Source of the DNA: Methanobacteriota archaeon
Lineage (GTDB): Archaea; Thermoplasmatota; Thermoplasmata; RBG-16-68-12; JAJISG01
Direction: 5' to 3'
NCBI GenBank assembly: GCA_030594205.1
Contig: JAUVFR010000003.1
Span: 19,489 to 83,488, forward strand
DNA: 64,000 nt
A program made the translations under genes and the position numbers. The notes under the pieces were generated by a model. It did no database searches. It was not told the DNA's origin and saw only the letters and a list, made by a program, of their open reading frames with translations. Of the stretch, positions 36,358 through 46,000 are shown piece after piece. Positions within the stretch are counted from its first letter, which is position 1. Every line of letters begins with the position of its first letter.

Positions 36358-37284
36358 TTAGGCGGCCAGGACCCGCACCGACAGGAGGCCCGGCAGAAGA
36401 CGCGCCTGCATAGGGAGGGTCCCCACACGCTCCCCGTCCATTTCCGCGAGGACCTCCTCATCAGAGGTGGCTACGAGGCTGCGGCCCTGCGTGTGGGAGA
36501 CCTTCGGGTGGGCCAAATGTTCTCCGGTGCGCAGTTTTCCCATACTGGCCAGGGCCTCTGGTGGGCTGACGTCCCCAAAGACAACCACGTCCAGAAGGCC
36601 GTCGTCGAGGCGGGCCTCGGGGGCAGGCTGGAGACCGCTCCCGAAGTACTGTCCGTTGGCCACGATGACACCGTTCATTCGGCCCTCCGCGAAGGGCTCG
36701 TCGTCCACTTCCACGCGAATGGACCGGTTGCGGTAGGTGAAGAGGGTCGCGACGATCGCCATGAAGAAGGCGACCCGTCCTCCGAAGGGCTTCGAACTCC
36801 GATTCACACGATCGACGACCTCTCCCCCGGAACCGGCCTCCAGGATGTTGGCAAAGTACCGCGTCTGGAGGTCACCTTGGGAATTGGTGCTCTCGCATCG
36901 GCCCACGTCCACCCGTCGAAAGCGGGGTGACGCGAGGATTTCGTGCGCGTGCTCGAGGCCCCGTGGCAGCCCCAATGTCCTGGCGTAGTCGGTCCCGCTT
37001 CCCACGGGCAGGATCGTCAGACGCGCGCTCGCGTCAACGAGGGCGTCCCCCTCCATCATCCCATTGAGGGCTTCGTTGACCGAGCCGTCTCCGCCCACGA
37101 TCCCGACGTCCCTCCCGCCCGACCGGATCGCCTCCCGGACGAGGGTCGTCGCCGTTCCGGGTCCCTGCGTGAAGACCACCTCAAGATCGGAGACGAGCTC
37201 CTTGAGTCCCCGCTCGACGGAGGGCCAGACCCGACCGACGCGTCCGCCTGCCGCGAGGGGGTTGACCACGAGGCGCACTATCAC
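36358..37284 (-). CDS. diacylglycerol kinase family lipid kinase (YegS/BmrU-like)
   Basis: LVVNPLAAGG and VGIVGGDGSVNEALNG (the GGDG motif), with the C-terminal beta-sandwich of DAGK_cat family enzymes. The GTG start overlaps the upstream stop (GTGA). Confidence 0.85.
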   Translation of the reverse strand: MIVRLVVNPLAAGGRVGRVWPSVERGLKELVSDLEVVFTQGPGTATTLVREAIRSGGRDVGIVGGDGSVNEALNGMMEGDALVDASARLTILPVGSGTDYARTLGLPRGLEHAHEILASPRFRRVDVGRCESTNSQGDLQTRYFANILEAGSGGEVVDRVNRSSKPFGGRVAFFMAIVATLFTYRNRSIRVEVDDEPFAEGRMNGVIVANGQYFGSGLQPAPEARLDDGLLDVVVFGDVSPPEALASMGKLRTGEHLAHPKVSHTQGRSLVATSDEEVLAEMDGERVGTLPMQARLLPGLLSVRVLAA

Positions 37285-38915
37285 TCCTCCCGGAAGCCCT
37301 CGTTGGCCCCAACCATGGCACGGTAGCGTTCCACCTCACTCGCGATGCGGGGAGCGTCCCACCCCAGGTAGGGCCCCATGAGCTCGGCCACCTCGTCCGC
37401 CACCCCAAGTCCGTGCTCCGGGTCTTCGTTCATCACGCGGAGTCGACGGGCCAACACATCCTCCAGGCGGAGGGCCATTTCGTGGCGCACTGCATACGCG
37501 ACCTGGCCTCGAACGTACGGGAGCCCCGGGAGGACCGGATCCCGCAAGGACCGGTCCTCTAGGATCGCAAGCAGCCCCGGCATTTCTGGCCCGGCCGCCG
37601 TGGCCAGTTGATCGAGGGTCTCGCGACCGAGGCCCAGCTCCTCCCCCTCTCGCATCGCCCGATCCATCCCCTCCTGCAGGACCGAGGCCGATGTCGGGCG
37701 CTTCACGCCTTCCGCCGGAGTCTGAAGGTCCCGGAGGGCTCGACGGACGACCCGTTGAGCCACGCTCCGGTAGGTGGTGAGCTTCCCGCCAATCAGGGTG
37801 ACGAGGCCCGGGGCATCCTGGATGATCCTTTCCCGGCGACTGACGGAGGCCTCCGGAATCCCGAGTCGCTCGGCAAGCGGCCGAAGTGCCGCGTAGGTGC
37901 TGATCACGTCGTTCGGCTCCGCTCGCGCGAGGGGGAAGGTCCGATTGAGGGCGTCCAGGAGGTAGGCGACGTCCTCGGAATCGGCGTGTACGTCTTCTGG
38001 TGAGCCGCGATGGTCCGTATCCGTGGTGCCGACGAGGGTCAAGTCGCGCCACGGAATGGCGAAGACGAAACGTCCGTCGTCGGGCGAGCGCATGACCACG
38101 GCGTTCATGTTTCCGACCTGGGCCCGTGGGAGGAGCAGGTGGACCCCTTTGGTGGGCCGCAGGCGTGGGGATCGACCCAGCATCTGCCGGATGCCGTCAC
38201 TCCAGGGGCCAGTGGCGTTGACCACGACGTCCGATCGGACTTCGTATAGAAGGTCTCCCAGCATGTCCCGGAAGGCGACGCCCTTCGCCCTCCCCACGTC
38301 CATGATGATTTCCTCCGCTCGGGCGTAGGTGAGGACGTGGGCTCCTGCCGCGTGGGCCCTCTTGGCATTCAGAAGGACAAGGCGGAAGTCGTCCGTCCAG
38401 GCGTCATAGTAGAAGGCCCCACCTATGAGCTCCTCCCGCCGTAGGCGGGGCTCGGCGGCGACGACCTTCCGTGCGGTCACCGTTCGGTGCTTCGCCACGT
38501 TTGTGTACCCGGAAAGGTAGTCGTAGAACCACAGGCCAATGCGAGTGACCCAGTGGCGTCCCTCCCCCCGATAGAAGGGGATCAGAAAGCGAAGCGGCTT
38601 CACCAGGTGGGGGAACTGGGAGAGAAGCCAGTCCCGCTCCCGGCACGCCTCACGAACGAGTCGGACCTTCCCATCCCGGAGGTATCGGAGGCCTCCATGG
38701 ACGAGGCGGGAGGATCGGCTGCTCGTTCCGCTTCCGATATCCCCCTGCTCCAGGAGAAGCACGCTGTAGCCGCGGCCGGCTGCTTCGAGAGCGATGCCAC
38801 ATCCGTTGATGCCGGCACCGATCACGATGAGGTCGTACCGGTCTGGGAGGTCATCCAGGATGGCTTGCCGGCCGCGCCCGTCGAACGTGCTGCGCTTCAG
38901 ATTGAGTCCTCCCAC
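37281..38915 (-). CDS. FAD-dependent glycerol-3-phosphate dehydrogenase (GlpA/GlpD family)
   Basis: YDLIVIGAGINGCGIALEAAGRG, GTSSRSSRLVHGGLRYL and a C-terminal helical domain. The GTG at 38915 overlaps the upstream gene by 19 nt. Confidence 0.85.
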   Translation of the reverse strand: MGGLNLKRSTFDGRGRQAILDDLPDRYDLIVIGAGINGCGIALEAAGRGYSVLLLEQGDIGSGTSSRSSRLVHGGLRYLRDGKVRLVREACRERDWLLSQFPHLVKPLRFLIPFYRGEGRHWVTRIGLWFYDYLSGYTNVAKHRTVTARKVVAAEPRLRREELIGGAFYYDAWTDDFRLVLLNAKRAHAAGAHVLTYARAEEIIMDVGRAKGVAFRDMLGDLLYEVRSDVVVNATGPWSDGIRQMLGRSPRLRPTKGVHLLLPRAQVGNMNAVVMRSPDDGRFVFAIPWRDLTLVGTTDTDHRGSPEDVHADSEDVAYLLDALNRTFPLARAEPNDVISTYAALRPLAERLGIPEASVSRRERIIQDAPGLVTLIGGKLTTYRSVAQRVVRRALRDLQTPAEGVKRPTSASVLQEGMDRAMREGEELGLGRETLDQLATAAGPEMPGLLAILEDRSLRDPVLPGLPYVRGQVAYAVRHEMALRLEDVLARRLRVMNEDPEHGLGVADEVAELMGPYLGWDAPRIASEVERYRAMVGANEGFREE

Positions 38916-40498
38916 GCCTTTCCGGGATTCATGATCCCCTTGGGATCGAGGGCTCCCTTCAGCGCACGCAGGGCCCGGATCCCGACGGGACCGTGCTCCC
39001 TCTCCATCCAACGGCGGTGGTCCATCCCGATTCCATGATGATGGCTGAGCGTACCGCCCAGATCCAGGAGCGTCTCCGTGGCCGCCGTCTTCACGGCCTC
39101 CCATTGCGTCCGTTCCTCTCCGGGAGTCCGGGTGGTGAGGAGGGTGAAGTACAGGGACGCCCCGTCGCGGTAGGCGTGAGAGAGGTGGCACAGTACCGCC
39201 CCCGGCGTGCCTCCTGCCCTGAAGGCCTCCTCAAGGGCCTCCTTCACCCCTCCGTAGAGGGTCTCCAGGTTGCTCCAACTCGTGGCGGTCTCCAACGTCT
39301 CCACGAAGAGACCCCGGGCGAGCAGCTCGTCCCGAAGGTAGGGGGCCCGGTAGTACTCCTCCTCCCACCCCGAAGCGGCCTCCCCGCCCAGATCCCACAC
39401 CCGGCCTTCGGTCCAATGGGCGATGGCCCGGTCCATCTCTTCAGGGACCCGCTCGGCCGAGCCTCTGAACTCCAGAAGGACGAAGGACCCTGCATCCTGG
39501 CTCTTGAGCCCCCGGGAGGCCATCAGGGCCCGCGTCTCCTCCGTGTTGGACACGCGCACGGTGGCCGGTCGGATTCCGCCCCGGATCATTCCGCGACAGC
39601 GGTCGAGTGCCTGCGGGAAAGACGGAAGGAGGAACCCTCGCCCCGCGGTCACCTCGGGCGCAGGATGGGCCCGGATCACGGCCTCCACGACGATGCCCAG
39701 GCGTCCCTCCGAACCCAGAAGAAGATGCTTCAGCTCGGGACCCGTGGAGCGGGCCGGGGCCTCTGTGGTCTTCACCTCGCCCGCGGGCGTTATGACCGTG
39801 AGTGCCTGAACCAGGTTCTCCATCCGACCGTAAGTGCCCGAAGCGTGGCCTGCTGAGCGGGTGGCGATCCAACCTCCCAGCGTGGAAAAATGGAAGGACT
39901 GAGGGTAGTGGCCCAGGGTGAGGCCGTGGTCCGCGAGGGCCGCTTCCAAGTCCGGGCCCGCGATGCCGCTCTCGACCCGGACGAGGCCGGAATCCTCGTC
40001 GACCTCGAGGACGCGGTTCAGACGACGAAGGTCCACCGTCAGCGCGGCGTAGTGGACCCCTCGGACGGGGGAAACACCCCCCAGGACGGAGGTGCCCCCG
40101 CCGAAGGGGACGATCGCCACCCCATGGGCCGCCGCTACGCGAAGGAGCGTCGCCACTTCACGCGCCGCGCGGGGGTACGCCACGGCATCGGTAACCCGCT
40201 CCAGTTCTCCCTTCCACGCGGAGAGAAGATCCAAATAGCTCTTTCCCAAGGAGTGGACCAGCCTCTCCTCTTCACCGGTGCCGATCTCGCAAACGGCCGC
40301 AAGCGCCTCCCGGTCCGTTTCGGTCAAGGCGGTCGGAGGCAAGGCAGGGGGCTGCGGTTCGTCTCTGGGCTCTGTGAAGCGGATGCCGAGACTCTCCAGG
40401 TACGCGAGGGTGCGTGGGAGCATTTGCTCCGGATATCGTGTGTCCGGATCCCCCCACCCCCACCATTTGCTCCTCATCCGTGCGTGGCCATCGCGCAT
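38897..40498 (-). CDS. FAD-linked oxidase, alkyldihydroxyacetonephosphate-synthase-like
   Basis: KWWGWGD N-terminus, FAD_binding_4 region (VAIVPFGGGTSVLGG) and HHHGIG near the C-terminus. Only the last ~533 aa of the 905-aa track ORF are plausible. Confidence 0.8.
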   Translation of the reverse strand: MRDGHARMRSKWWGWGDPDTRYPEQMLPRTLAYLESLGIRFTEPRDEPQPPALPPTALTETDREALAAVCEIGTGEEERLVHSLGKSYLDLLSAWKGELERVTDAVAYPRAAREVATLLRVAAAHGVAIVPFGGGTSVLGGVSPVRGVHYAALTVDLRRLNRVLEVDEDSGLVRVESGIAGPDLEAALADHGLTLGHYPQSFHFSTLGGWIATRSAGHASGTYGRMENLVQALTVITPAGEVKTTEAPARSTGPELKHLLLGSEGRLGIVVEAVIRAHPAPEVTAGRGFLLPSFPQALDRCRGMIRGGIRPATVRVSNTEETRALMASRGLKSQDAGSFVLLEFRGSAERVPEEMDRAIAHWTEGRVWDLGGEAASGWEEEYYRAPYLRDELLARGLFVETLETATSWSNLETLYGGVKEALEEAFRAGGTPGAVLCHLSHAYRDGASLYFTLLTTRTPGEERTQWEAVKTAATETLLDLGGTLSHHHGIGMDHRRWMEREHGPVGIRALRALKGALDPKGIMNPGKAWEDSI

Positions 40499-40564
40499 CG
40501 ATAGAATAGGTTTCCTGCAGCCGGGGAGGTTTATGTAGCGGCCGGAGGTTGCAACAACGAGGAG

Positions 40565-41722
40565 ATGATCGCGAGGGAAGAGGTGTGGGAAGTCCTGAAA
40601 GGCTACGGCTCCGAGGAGGTAATCGTCGGAGTGCTGGCTTCCCACTCCGCACTCGACGTGTGCGACGGAGCGGTGGACGAGGGCTTTCGGACCTTGGCCC
40701 TGTGCGAGGAAGGCCGGGAGGAGCCGTACACCCGCTACTTCAAGGCGGAACGCGACGCGAAGGGACGAGTCCTTCGAGGGGTGGTGGACGAGGCCCTCGT
40801 GCTGCCGAAGTTCCGGGAGGCGATCTCCCCGGAGGTTCAGGACAAGCTGCGCACCAAGCGCGTCCTCTTCGTCCCCAACCGCTCCTTCGTCTCCTACGTG
40901 GGACTGGAGGAGGTCGAGGACGCGTTCGCCCTGCCCCTGGTGGGGAGTCGCAATCTCATGCGCTCGGAGGAGCGGACGGAGGAGAAGGGATACTACTGGA
41001 TCCTGGAGAAGGCGGGGCTCCCGTACCCGCAACACTACACGAGTCCCGACGAGATCGAGTCCCTCGCCATCGTGAAGCTTCCCCATAAGGTGAAGCGCCT
41101 GGAGCGCGGCTTCTTCACGGCCACGAGTCGGGAAGAGTACGACGAGAAGGCCCGCCGCCTCTTGGAGGGCGGAGTCATCACCCCCGAGGACCTGGCGGCC
41201 GCACGGATAGAGAAGTACATCCTGGGCCCCGTCTTCAATTTCGACTTCTTCTACTCGCCCCTGGAGGGGACGGGGGAGCCCCTGGAGCTCCTGGGCATCG
41301 ACTGGCGGTTCGAAACATCCCTCGACGGCCACGTCCGGCTTCCCGCGGAGCAGCAGCTGACCCTCCGGGGCGACGAACGGGACCCCGAGTACATGGTGAC
41401 TGGACACAACTCCGCCACCCTCCGGGAGTCTCTCCTGCGCAAGGTCTTCCCCTTGGCCGAGCGCTACGTGGAGGCGACGCAGCGCTACTTCCCGCCGGGC
41501 GTCATCGGCCCCTTCACTCTGCAGACCTGCGTGGACAAGGATCTGGATTTCTTCATCTACGACGTCTCCCCGCGCATCGGCGGGGGAACGAACGTGCACA
41601 TGGCCGTGGGCCACCCGTACGGAAACGTGCTCTGGCGGTCGCGGATGAGCACGGGGCGGCGGGTGGCGTTGGAGATTCGTCGGGCCCTCGATTCGGGGCA
41701 GCTGCCCCGCATCATCACCTGA
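40565..41722 (+). CDS. purP: 5-formaminoimidazole-4-carboxamide ribonucleotide (FAICAR) synthetase PurP
   Basis: ATP-grasp protein of PurP length. VGVLASHSALDV, FVPNRSF, GSRNLMRSEER and SPRIGGGTN are typical archaeal PurP blocks. Confidence 0.88.
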   Translation: MIAREEVWEVLKGYGSEEVIVGVLASHSALDVCDGAVDEGFRTLALCEEGREEPYTRYFKAERDAKGRVLRGVVDEALVLPKFREAISPEVQDKLRTKRVLFVPNRSFVSYVGLEEVEDAFALPLVGSRNLMRSEERTEEKGYYWILEKAGLPYPQHYTSPDEIESLAIVKLPHKVKRLERGFFTATSREEYDEKARRLLEGGVITPEDLAAARIEKYILGPVFNFDFFYSPLEGTGEPLELLGIDWRFETSLDGHVRLPAEQQLTLRGDERDPEYMVTGHNSATLRESLLRKVFPLAERYVEATQRYFPPGVIGPFTLQTCVDKDLDFFIYDVSPRIGGGTNVHMAVGHPYGNVLWRSRMSTGRRVALEIRRALDSGQLPRIIT

Positions 41723-41725
41723 CGG

Positions 41726-42358
41726 CTACTCCCATTTCTCCAGGAACTCGGGCGGGACCTCCGTCGTGATGTAGATGAACTTCCCGGCCTTCTGAATTTC
41801 GACCCCTGCCTCCTGGGCCTTCTCGACGTCCACCTCCAGGATGACGGGGCTGTCCGAGCGGACCTTCCCTGCCTCCATCGCGCTCTCCAGGGTGTCGCTC
41901 AGGTGCACCCACCGGCGGTCCGAGGGCTTGAGGCCGATCTCCAGGAGAATCCCCGCTTCCTCCTCCGTCGTCGGGTAGTAGAGGACTTCGGGGATGTTGT
42001 CGGTCGGCAGGTCCATCTCCAGGTCCAGGGAGTGGGCGTAGGTGGCCCGGACTCGCCCTTCGTCGAACTGGTAGCGCCCCTTCGGGTCCGTCTGGACGAC
42101 GGCGATGAGGTGATGGCCCTTCAGGAAACGGAACTTCCTGTGGCGGATGCGGAGGGCGGTCACCAGGTCCCGCAGGTCCACCCATCCGTTGCGCGCCATC
42201 TCCAGCCCGTACCGCTCGGGGAAGTGGCGCAGGATCCCCGCCATGGTCCGGCCCAGGTGATCCAACTCCTTTTCGTCCAGCAGAAACTTGCCTTGGTCGC
42301 CGCAGTTCGGGCATACCTCACCACGAAAGAATCCATGGGAGCGACACTCTTTGAGCAC
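41726..42358 (-). CDS. kptA: RNA 2'-phosphotransferase (Tpt1/KptA) with N-terminal zinc ribbon
   Basis: CRSHGFFRGEVCPNCG ribbon, then LRHFPERYGLEMARNGWVDLRDLV and VHLS motifs of the Tpt1 family. Confidence 0.85.
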   Translation of the reverse strand: MLKECRSHGFFRGEVCPNCGDQGKFLLDEKELDHLGRTMAGILRHFPERYGLEMARNGWVDLRDLVTALRIRHRKFRFLKGHHLIAVVQTDPKGRYQFDEGRVRATYAHSLDLEMDLPTDNIPEVLYYPTTEEEAGILLEIGLKPSDRRWVHLSDTLESAMEAGKVRSDSPVILEVDVEKAQEAGVEIQKAGKFIYITTEVPPEFLEKWE

Positions 42359-42394
42359 GAACCTCTCCTCCCGTGAAGCTATTCGGAGGAGGCG

Positions 42395-43255
42395 TTAAAG
42401 GTCTTTCCCTCGCACCGGGTCTTCGAGGGGTTCCAGATCGCGCTCGCGGACCACCCGCAGCCCGGCCTCCTCCACCAAGTCGAACATCCGCCGCCGGTCA
42501 GGAGCCTCCAGGGCCTTGCGGTGCACGTAGGCGAGACGGACTCCAGGAGTCTTCGCCACGGCCTCCCGAAAGACGGTGTCGCTGAGGCTTTCGACAGCGT
42601 AGGATGGGATGAGGTGGCCAAAGGAGACGCGGTGTCCGAGGGCAACGTCGGTCATTCGGGGGACGTAGTGCCCGCCGCCCACACCCAGGAGAATGGGATG
42701 CTCTGCAGGGCGCAGAGCCAGCAAGGTATCCGCCACCACGGTCGCTGGGCCCTTCGCCTCCCACTGGGACGGCGTGCTCCCCAGCTCTACAAAGAAGGCT
42801 GGGCTCTCGAGGTGGGGGCCGTGGTGGGTAGCCTCGAACGTCACGGCGTGGGGGTAGTCGCCCGCCCGTTCCTTGAGCAGACGCAGGGTCTGGGTCATCC
42901 ATCCGGGACTCGTGGGGACCAGCTTTTTGGGGTGGCCGCCGAACTCCGCCGCGCCGAAATTCCCGAGCGGGTGGACGGTAAAACTGGGGATGCCCTTTCG
43001 GCTGGAGTGGCGGGAGGCGAACACAAGGAGCTCCGGTTCCACGCCCAGTGCACTCCGTATCTCCTGATCCAGGCCATCTCGATCCATGTGGAGATTCCGG
43101 ATGGTGAGGAGGAGGCGGTTCTCCAGCCGGTAGGTGGGGTGTCCATCGAACGTGCCATGTTCCTCCCAGGAGGCTCGCTCGAGAAGGCGGCGCCGAATGT
43201 TGGCACTGGCCACGTCAGCGAGGGAAGCCACGATGATGAGCATCGGCTCCCCCAT
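42395..43255 (-). CDS. dtdA: D-aminoacyl-tRNA deacylase, archaeal type (DTD2)
   Basis: LIIVASLADVASANI, FTVHPLGNF, FEATHHGP and GGGHY are hallmarks of DTD2/GEK1. Confidence 0.85.
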   Translation of the reverse strand: MGEPMLIIVASLADVASANIRRRLLERASWEEHGTFDGHPTYRLENRLLLTIRNLHMDRDGLDQEIRSALGVEPELLVFASRHSSRKGIPSFTVHPLGNFGAAEFGGHPKKLVPTSPGWMTQTLRLLKERAGDYPHAVTFEATHHGPHLESPAFFVELGSTPSQWEAKGPATVVADTLLALRPAEHPILLGVGGGHYVPRMTDVALGHRVSFGHLIPSYAVESLSDTVFREAVAKTPGVRLAYVHRKALEAPDRRRMFDLVEEAGLRVVRERDLEPLEDPVRGKDL

Positions 43256-43295
43256 TCAAGGGGGAACCATAGGCTTTCGGTCGGAGGAGGCCGGG

Positions 43296-44762
43296 TTACG
43301 CCAGGTTGATGTCGATGAGCTTGCCCTCGGTCATCTCTTCGATGGCGTACTTCACCCCCTCCCGGCCGAGGCCGCTCATCTTGATGCCCCCGAAGGGGAG
43401 GTTGTCCCATCGGATGCTCGTAGGGTCGTTGATCATCACCCCGCCCGCCTTCAGCTCCATCGCCACGCGAAGAGCCCGTCCGATGTCGCGTGAGTAGATC
43501 GCCGCCTGGAGGCCGTATCGCGTCCCGTTGGCGAGGGCGATGGCCTGCTCCTCGTCCGCCACCCGATGGACTGGGCCGAGGGGGGCGAAGGGCTCGTCCT
43601 GCATGATGTCCATCTCCGGGCTAACCTCGACGAGGACGGTGGGCTCCCAGAAGTAGCCGCCTTCGAGTCTGGACTCATCCGCCCGCTTCCCACCGAGCGT
43701 CACCGTCGCCCCCCCATCTACGGCCTGCTCCACGAGCTTCTGGGCCCGTTCCAAGGTAGATTCGCTGATGACGGGACCGACGTCGGTATCCTCCTCGAGG
43801 GCGGGGCCCAGCTGGAGTCGGCTCACCTCCCGGGCGTACCGCTCACTGAACTCCTTCTCGACGGACTCCACCGCGAACACCCGCTTGACCGCCGTGCACG
43901 TTTGTCCGGCCATGCCGCAGGTAGCCCGGGCGGCCGCGGCGGCCGCCTTGGGGATGTCCGCGTCGTCCAGCACGATGAGGGGGTCCATGCCCCCCATCTC
44001 CAGGATGACCCGTTTCGCATGCTTCCCGGCGGCGGCCGCGATGCCCGTCCCAACGGAGGTGGAGCCGGTGAAGCTGATCAGGTCCGTTCCCGGATTCTCC
44101 ACGAGCTCCCGGCCCACGGTGTCGCCGGGTCCTACGACGACGTTGATGGCGCCCGCGGGGGTCCCGGCCCTTTCGAGAAACTCCCCCAGGCGCAGGGCCA
44201 CGAGGGGAGTCTCGGAGGTGGGTTTGGCCACCACGGCGTTCCCGGCGGCCAGGGCGGGGGCGACCTTGTGCATGAGGAGGTTCAGCGGGAAGTTGAAGGG
44301 GGAGATGGCCGCCACCACCCCCACCGGTTCCCGCACGGAAAAGATAATGCGGTTCTCGTTCCCGGGGGGAACGGGGAAGGCGTCGGCTTGGTAGGTCTCA
44401 CCGTGGATCCTCTTCGCCTCCTCGGCGGCCGAGGTCACGGTGATCCAGGACCGACGGACCTCGAGGCGAGCGTCGTTGATGGGCTTGCCCGCTTCCATGG
44501 CGATGAGGTGTGCCAGCTCCTCGAACTCTGCGTCGATCTGGTCTGCCACCTTCTTCAGCATCTGGGACCGGTCGAAGGCAGACATCTTGGCGATTCGTTC
44601 CTTGGCCCCGACGGCGGCGTCGATTGCGCTTCGGGCGTCCTCCACACCCGCCTTGGGCACCTCTTCCAGCACCTTGCCCGTCGAGGGGTCGTAGACGGGG
44701 AAGGTCTCCCCGCTGGCGGCGGAGACCCACTGGCCATCGATGAGCATCTCTTTGGTCATCAT
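43296..44762 (-). CDS. aldehyde dehydrogenase family protein (GapN/lactaldehyde dehydrogenase-like)
   Basis: LIDGQWV, ISPFNFP, FTGSTSVG, EMGGMDP, GQTCTAVKR (catalytic Cys) and EPFAPLGP. The start is taken at the ATGATG pair preceded by GGGGGAGG. Confidence 0.85.
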   Translation of the reverse strand: MMTKEMLIDGQWVSAASGETFPVYDPSTGKVLEEVPKAGVEDARSAIDAAVGAKERIAKMSAFDRSQMLKKVADQIDAEFEELAHLIAMEAGKPINDARLEVRRSWITVTSAAEEAKRIHGETYQADAFPVPPGNENRIIFSVREPVGVVAAISPFNFPLNLLMHKVAPALAAGNAVVAKPTSETPLVALRLGEFLERAGTPAGAINVVVGPGDTVGRELVENPGTDLISFTGSTSVGTGIAAAAGKHAKRVILEMGGMDPLIVLDDADIPKAAAAAARATCGMAGQTCTAVKRVFAVESVEKEFSERYAREVSRLQLGPALEEDTDVGPVISESTLERAQKLVEQAVDGGATVTLGGKRADESRLEGGYFWEPTVLVEVSPEMDIMQDEPFAPLGPVHRVADEEQAIALANGTRYGLQAAIYSRDIGRALRVAMELKAGGVMINDPTSIRWDNLPFGGIKMSGLGREGVKYAIEEMTEGKLIDINLA

Positions 44763-44868
44763 CCTCCCCCTGGCCTGATCAGAGGCTGTAGATTTCATGC
44801 TTGCGACGTCATATCTACGTTGCGGTCGCTCACGAAAGCTTCTAAGGTGGGGGCCCTTTCCGCGCCCC

Positions 44869-45174
44869 ATGGAGCTGGTCTACCTGAAGTCGCCCACGGG
44901 CCAGCAACACGCTCGGGCTCAAGCGGTGCTCGCCCGAGTACGGGAACGGATCCCCGAGTTGGAGTACCGCGAAGTGGACCCGCGGAAGGATCCGGATTAC
45001 GCATCTCAGTTCCCGATTTCTCATGCCCCCGGCCTCGTTGTCGACGGCCGCATCGAGTACGTGGGGATTCCCCGAGAGCGCATGCTCCTCGATCGACTGC
45101 GACAGCTTGAGGCCTTGTCGAAAGGGAAGGCGGCGTCCCCCGCCGCCGAGGTTGAGGATGCGCCATCCAGCTAG
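44869..45174 (+). CDS. thioredoxin/glutaredoxin-fold small protein lacking a CxxC motif
   Basis: 101 aa. The MELVYLKS...PGLVVDGRIEYVGIP layout matches small archaeal Trx-fold proteins, but the CxxC position reads SPTGQQ. Confidence 0.5.
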   Translation: MELVYLKSPTGQQHARAQAVLARVRERIPELEYREVDPRKDPDYASQFPISHAPGLVVDGRIEYVGIPRERMLLDRLRQLEALSKGKAASPAAEVEDAPSS

Positions 45175-45209
45175 GTTTATCTAGGGCCCGTCCGATGAAT
45201 GGGTGAGTT

Positions 45210-45971
45210 ATGGCCTCCCAGATTCGTGTCGTGGACCACGAGGAGATGGATCTCTCCGCTGCCCTCTGCGTGGTCGGGTTTCCCGGAGTGGGACTCGTGG
45301 GCCGCATCGCCACGGACTTTCTCGTTTCCCAGTTCAACCTGAAGCGCATCGCGTCCCTTCGATCCGATGACTTTCCGCCTATGGCGATCTTGGTGGAGGG
45401 TCAGACCATGAGCCCCGTCCGTATTCACGCGGCCCCCATGGTCTGCGGAGTGGACGGAATGTGCAATCAACTGGCCGTTCTCCAAGCGGAGGTGACGCCC
45501 TCCGGCGAGGTGCTTTATGAGCTGGCCGACGCCCTCATTTCTTGGTGTTTGGATAAGAAAGTGCGGGAAATGGTCGTGCTGGAAGGATTTGTACGCCCAG
45601 AAGGCACCACCGACACCACCGTCTACGGAGCCGGCAACAATGCCGAAACCCTCGGCAGGCTGAAGGAGATCGGCGTGAAGCCTCTGGGGGAGGGCGTCAT
45701 CACCGGGATCGCCGGTCCCTTGAGCTACTTGGCCGAGGACCGGGGATTGAACGTGACCGTCCTCCTCGCCGAGACTTCCCGAGAGTTCCCTGATGCCCGG
45801 GCCTCCGCAAAGCTCCTGGAGATTATCGACCCCATCGTGCCGCACATCGACATCGATGCCGAGCCGCTCTACGAGAAGGCGGAGATTATCGAGAGCCGCC
45901 TGAAGAAGAACATGGAACAGCACAGGGAGAGCGTTGAGGGCCTGACGGAGCGGTCGAGGATGTACGGGTAG
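45210..45971 (+). CDS. proteasome assembly chaperone family protein (PAC2-like)
   Basis: LCVVGFPGVGLVGRIA, VITGIAGPLS and the ~250 aa size are typical of the archaeal PAC2 family. Confidence 0.8.
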   Translation: MASQIRVVDHEEMDLSAALCVVGFPGVGLVGRIATDFLVSQFNLKRIASLRSDDFPPMAILVEGQTMSPVRIHAAPMVCGVDGMCNQLAVLQAEVTPSGEVLYELADALISWCLDKKVREMVVLEGFVRPEGTTDTTVYGAGNNAETLGRLKEIGVKPLGEGVITGIAGPLSYLAEDRGLNVTVLLAETSREFPDARASAKLLEIIDPIVPHIDIDAEPLYEKAEIIESRLKKNMEQHRESVEGLTERSRMYG

Positions 45972-46000
45972 GGGCCCGGAGGAGGGCGCAAGCCACGGCG

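Noticed and set aside
38897-41614. 905-aa ORF treated as a single giant protein.
   Set aside because: Only the last ~533 aa (from MRDGHARMRSKWWGWGD) resemble a FAD-linked oxidase. The upstream 370 aa are antisense to purP and look like low-complexity noise.
45960-45975. Programmed -1 ribosomal frameshift fusing the PAC2-like protein to the zinc ribbon.
   Set aside because: There is no slippery X_XXY_YYZ heptamer and no obvious downstream structure at the junction. It is kept only as one of several explanations in the finding.
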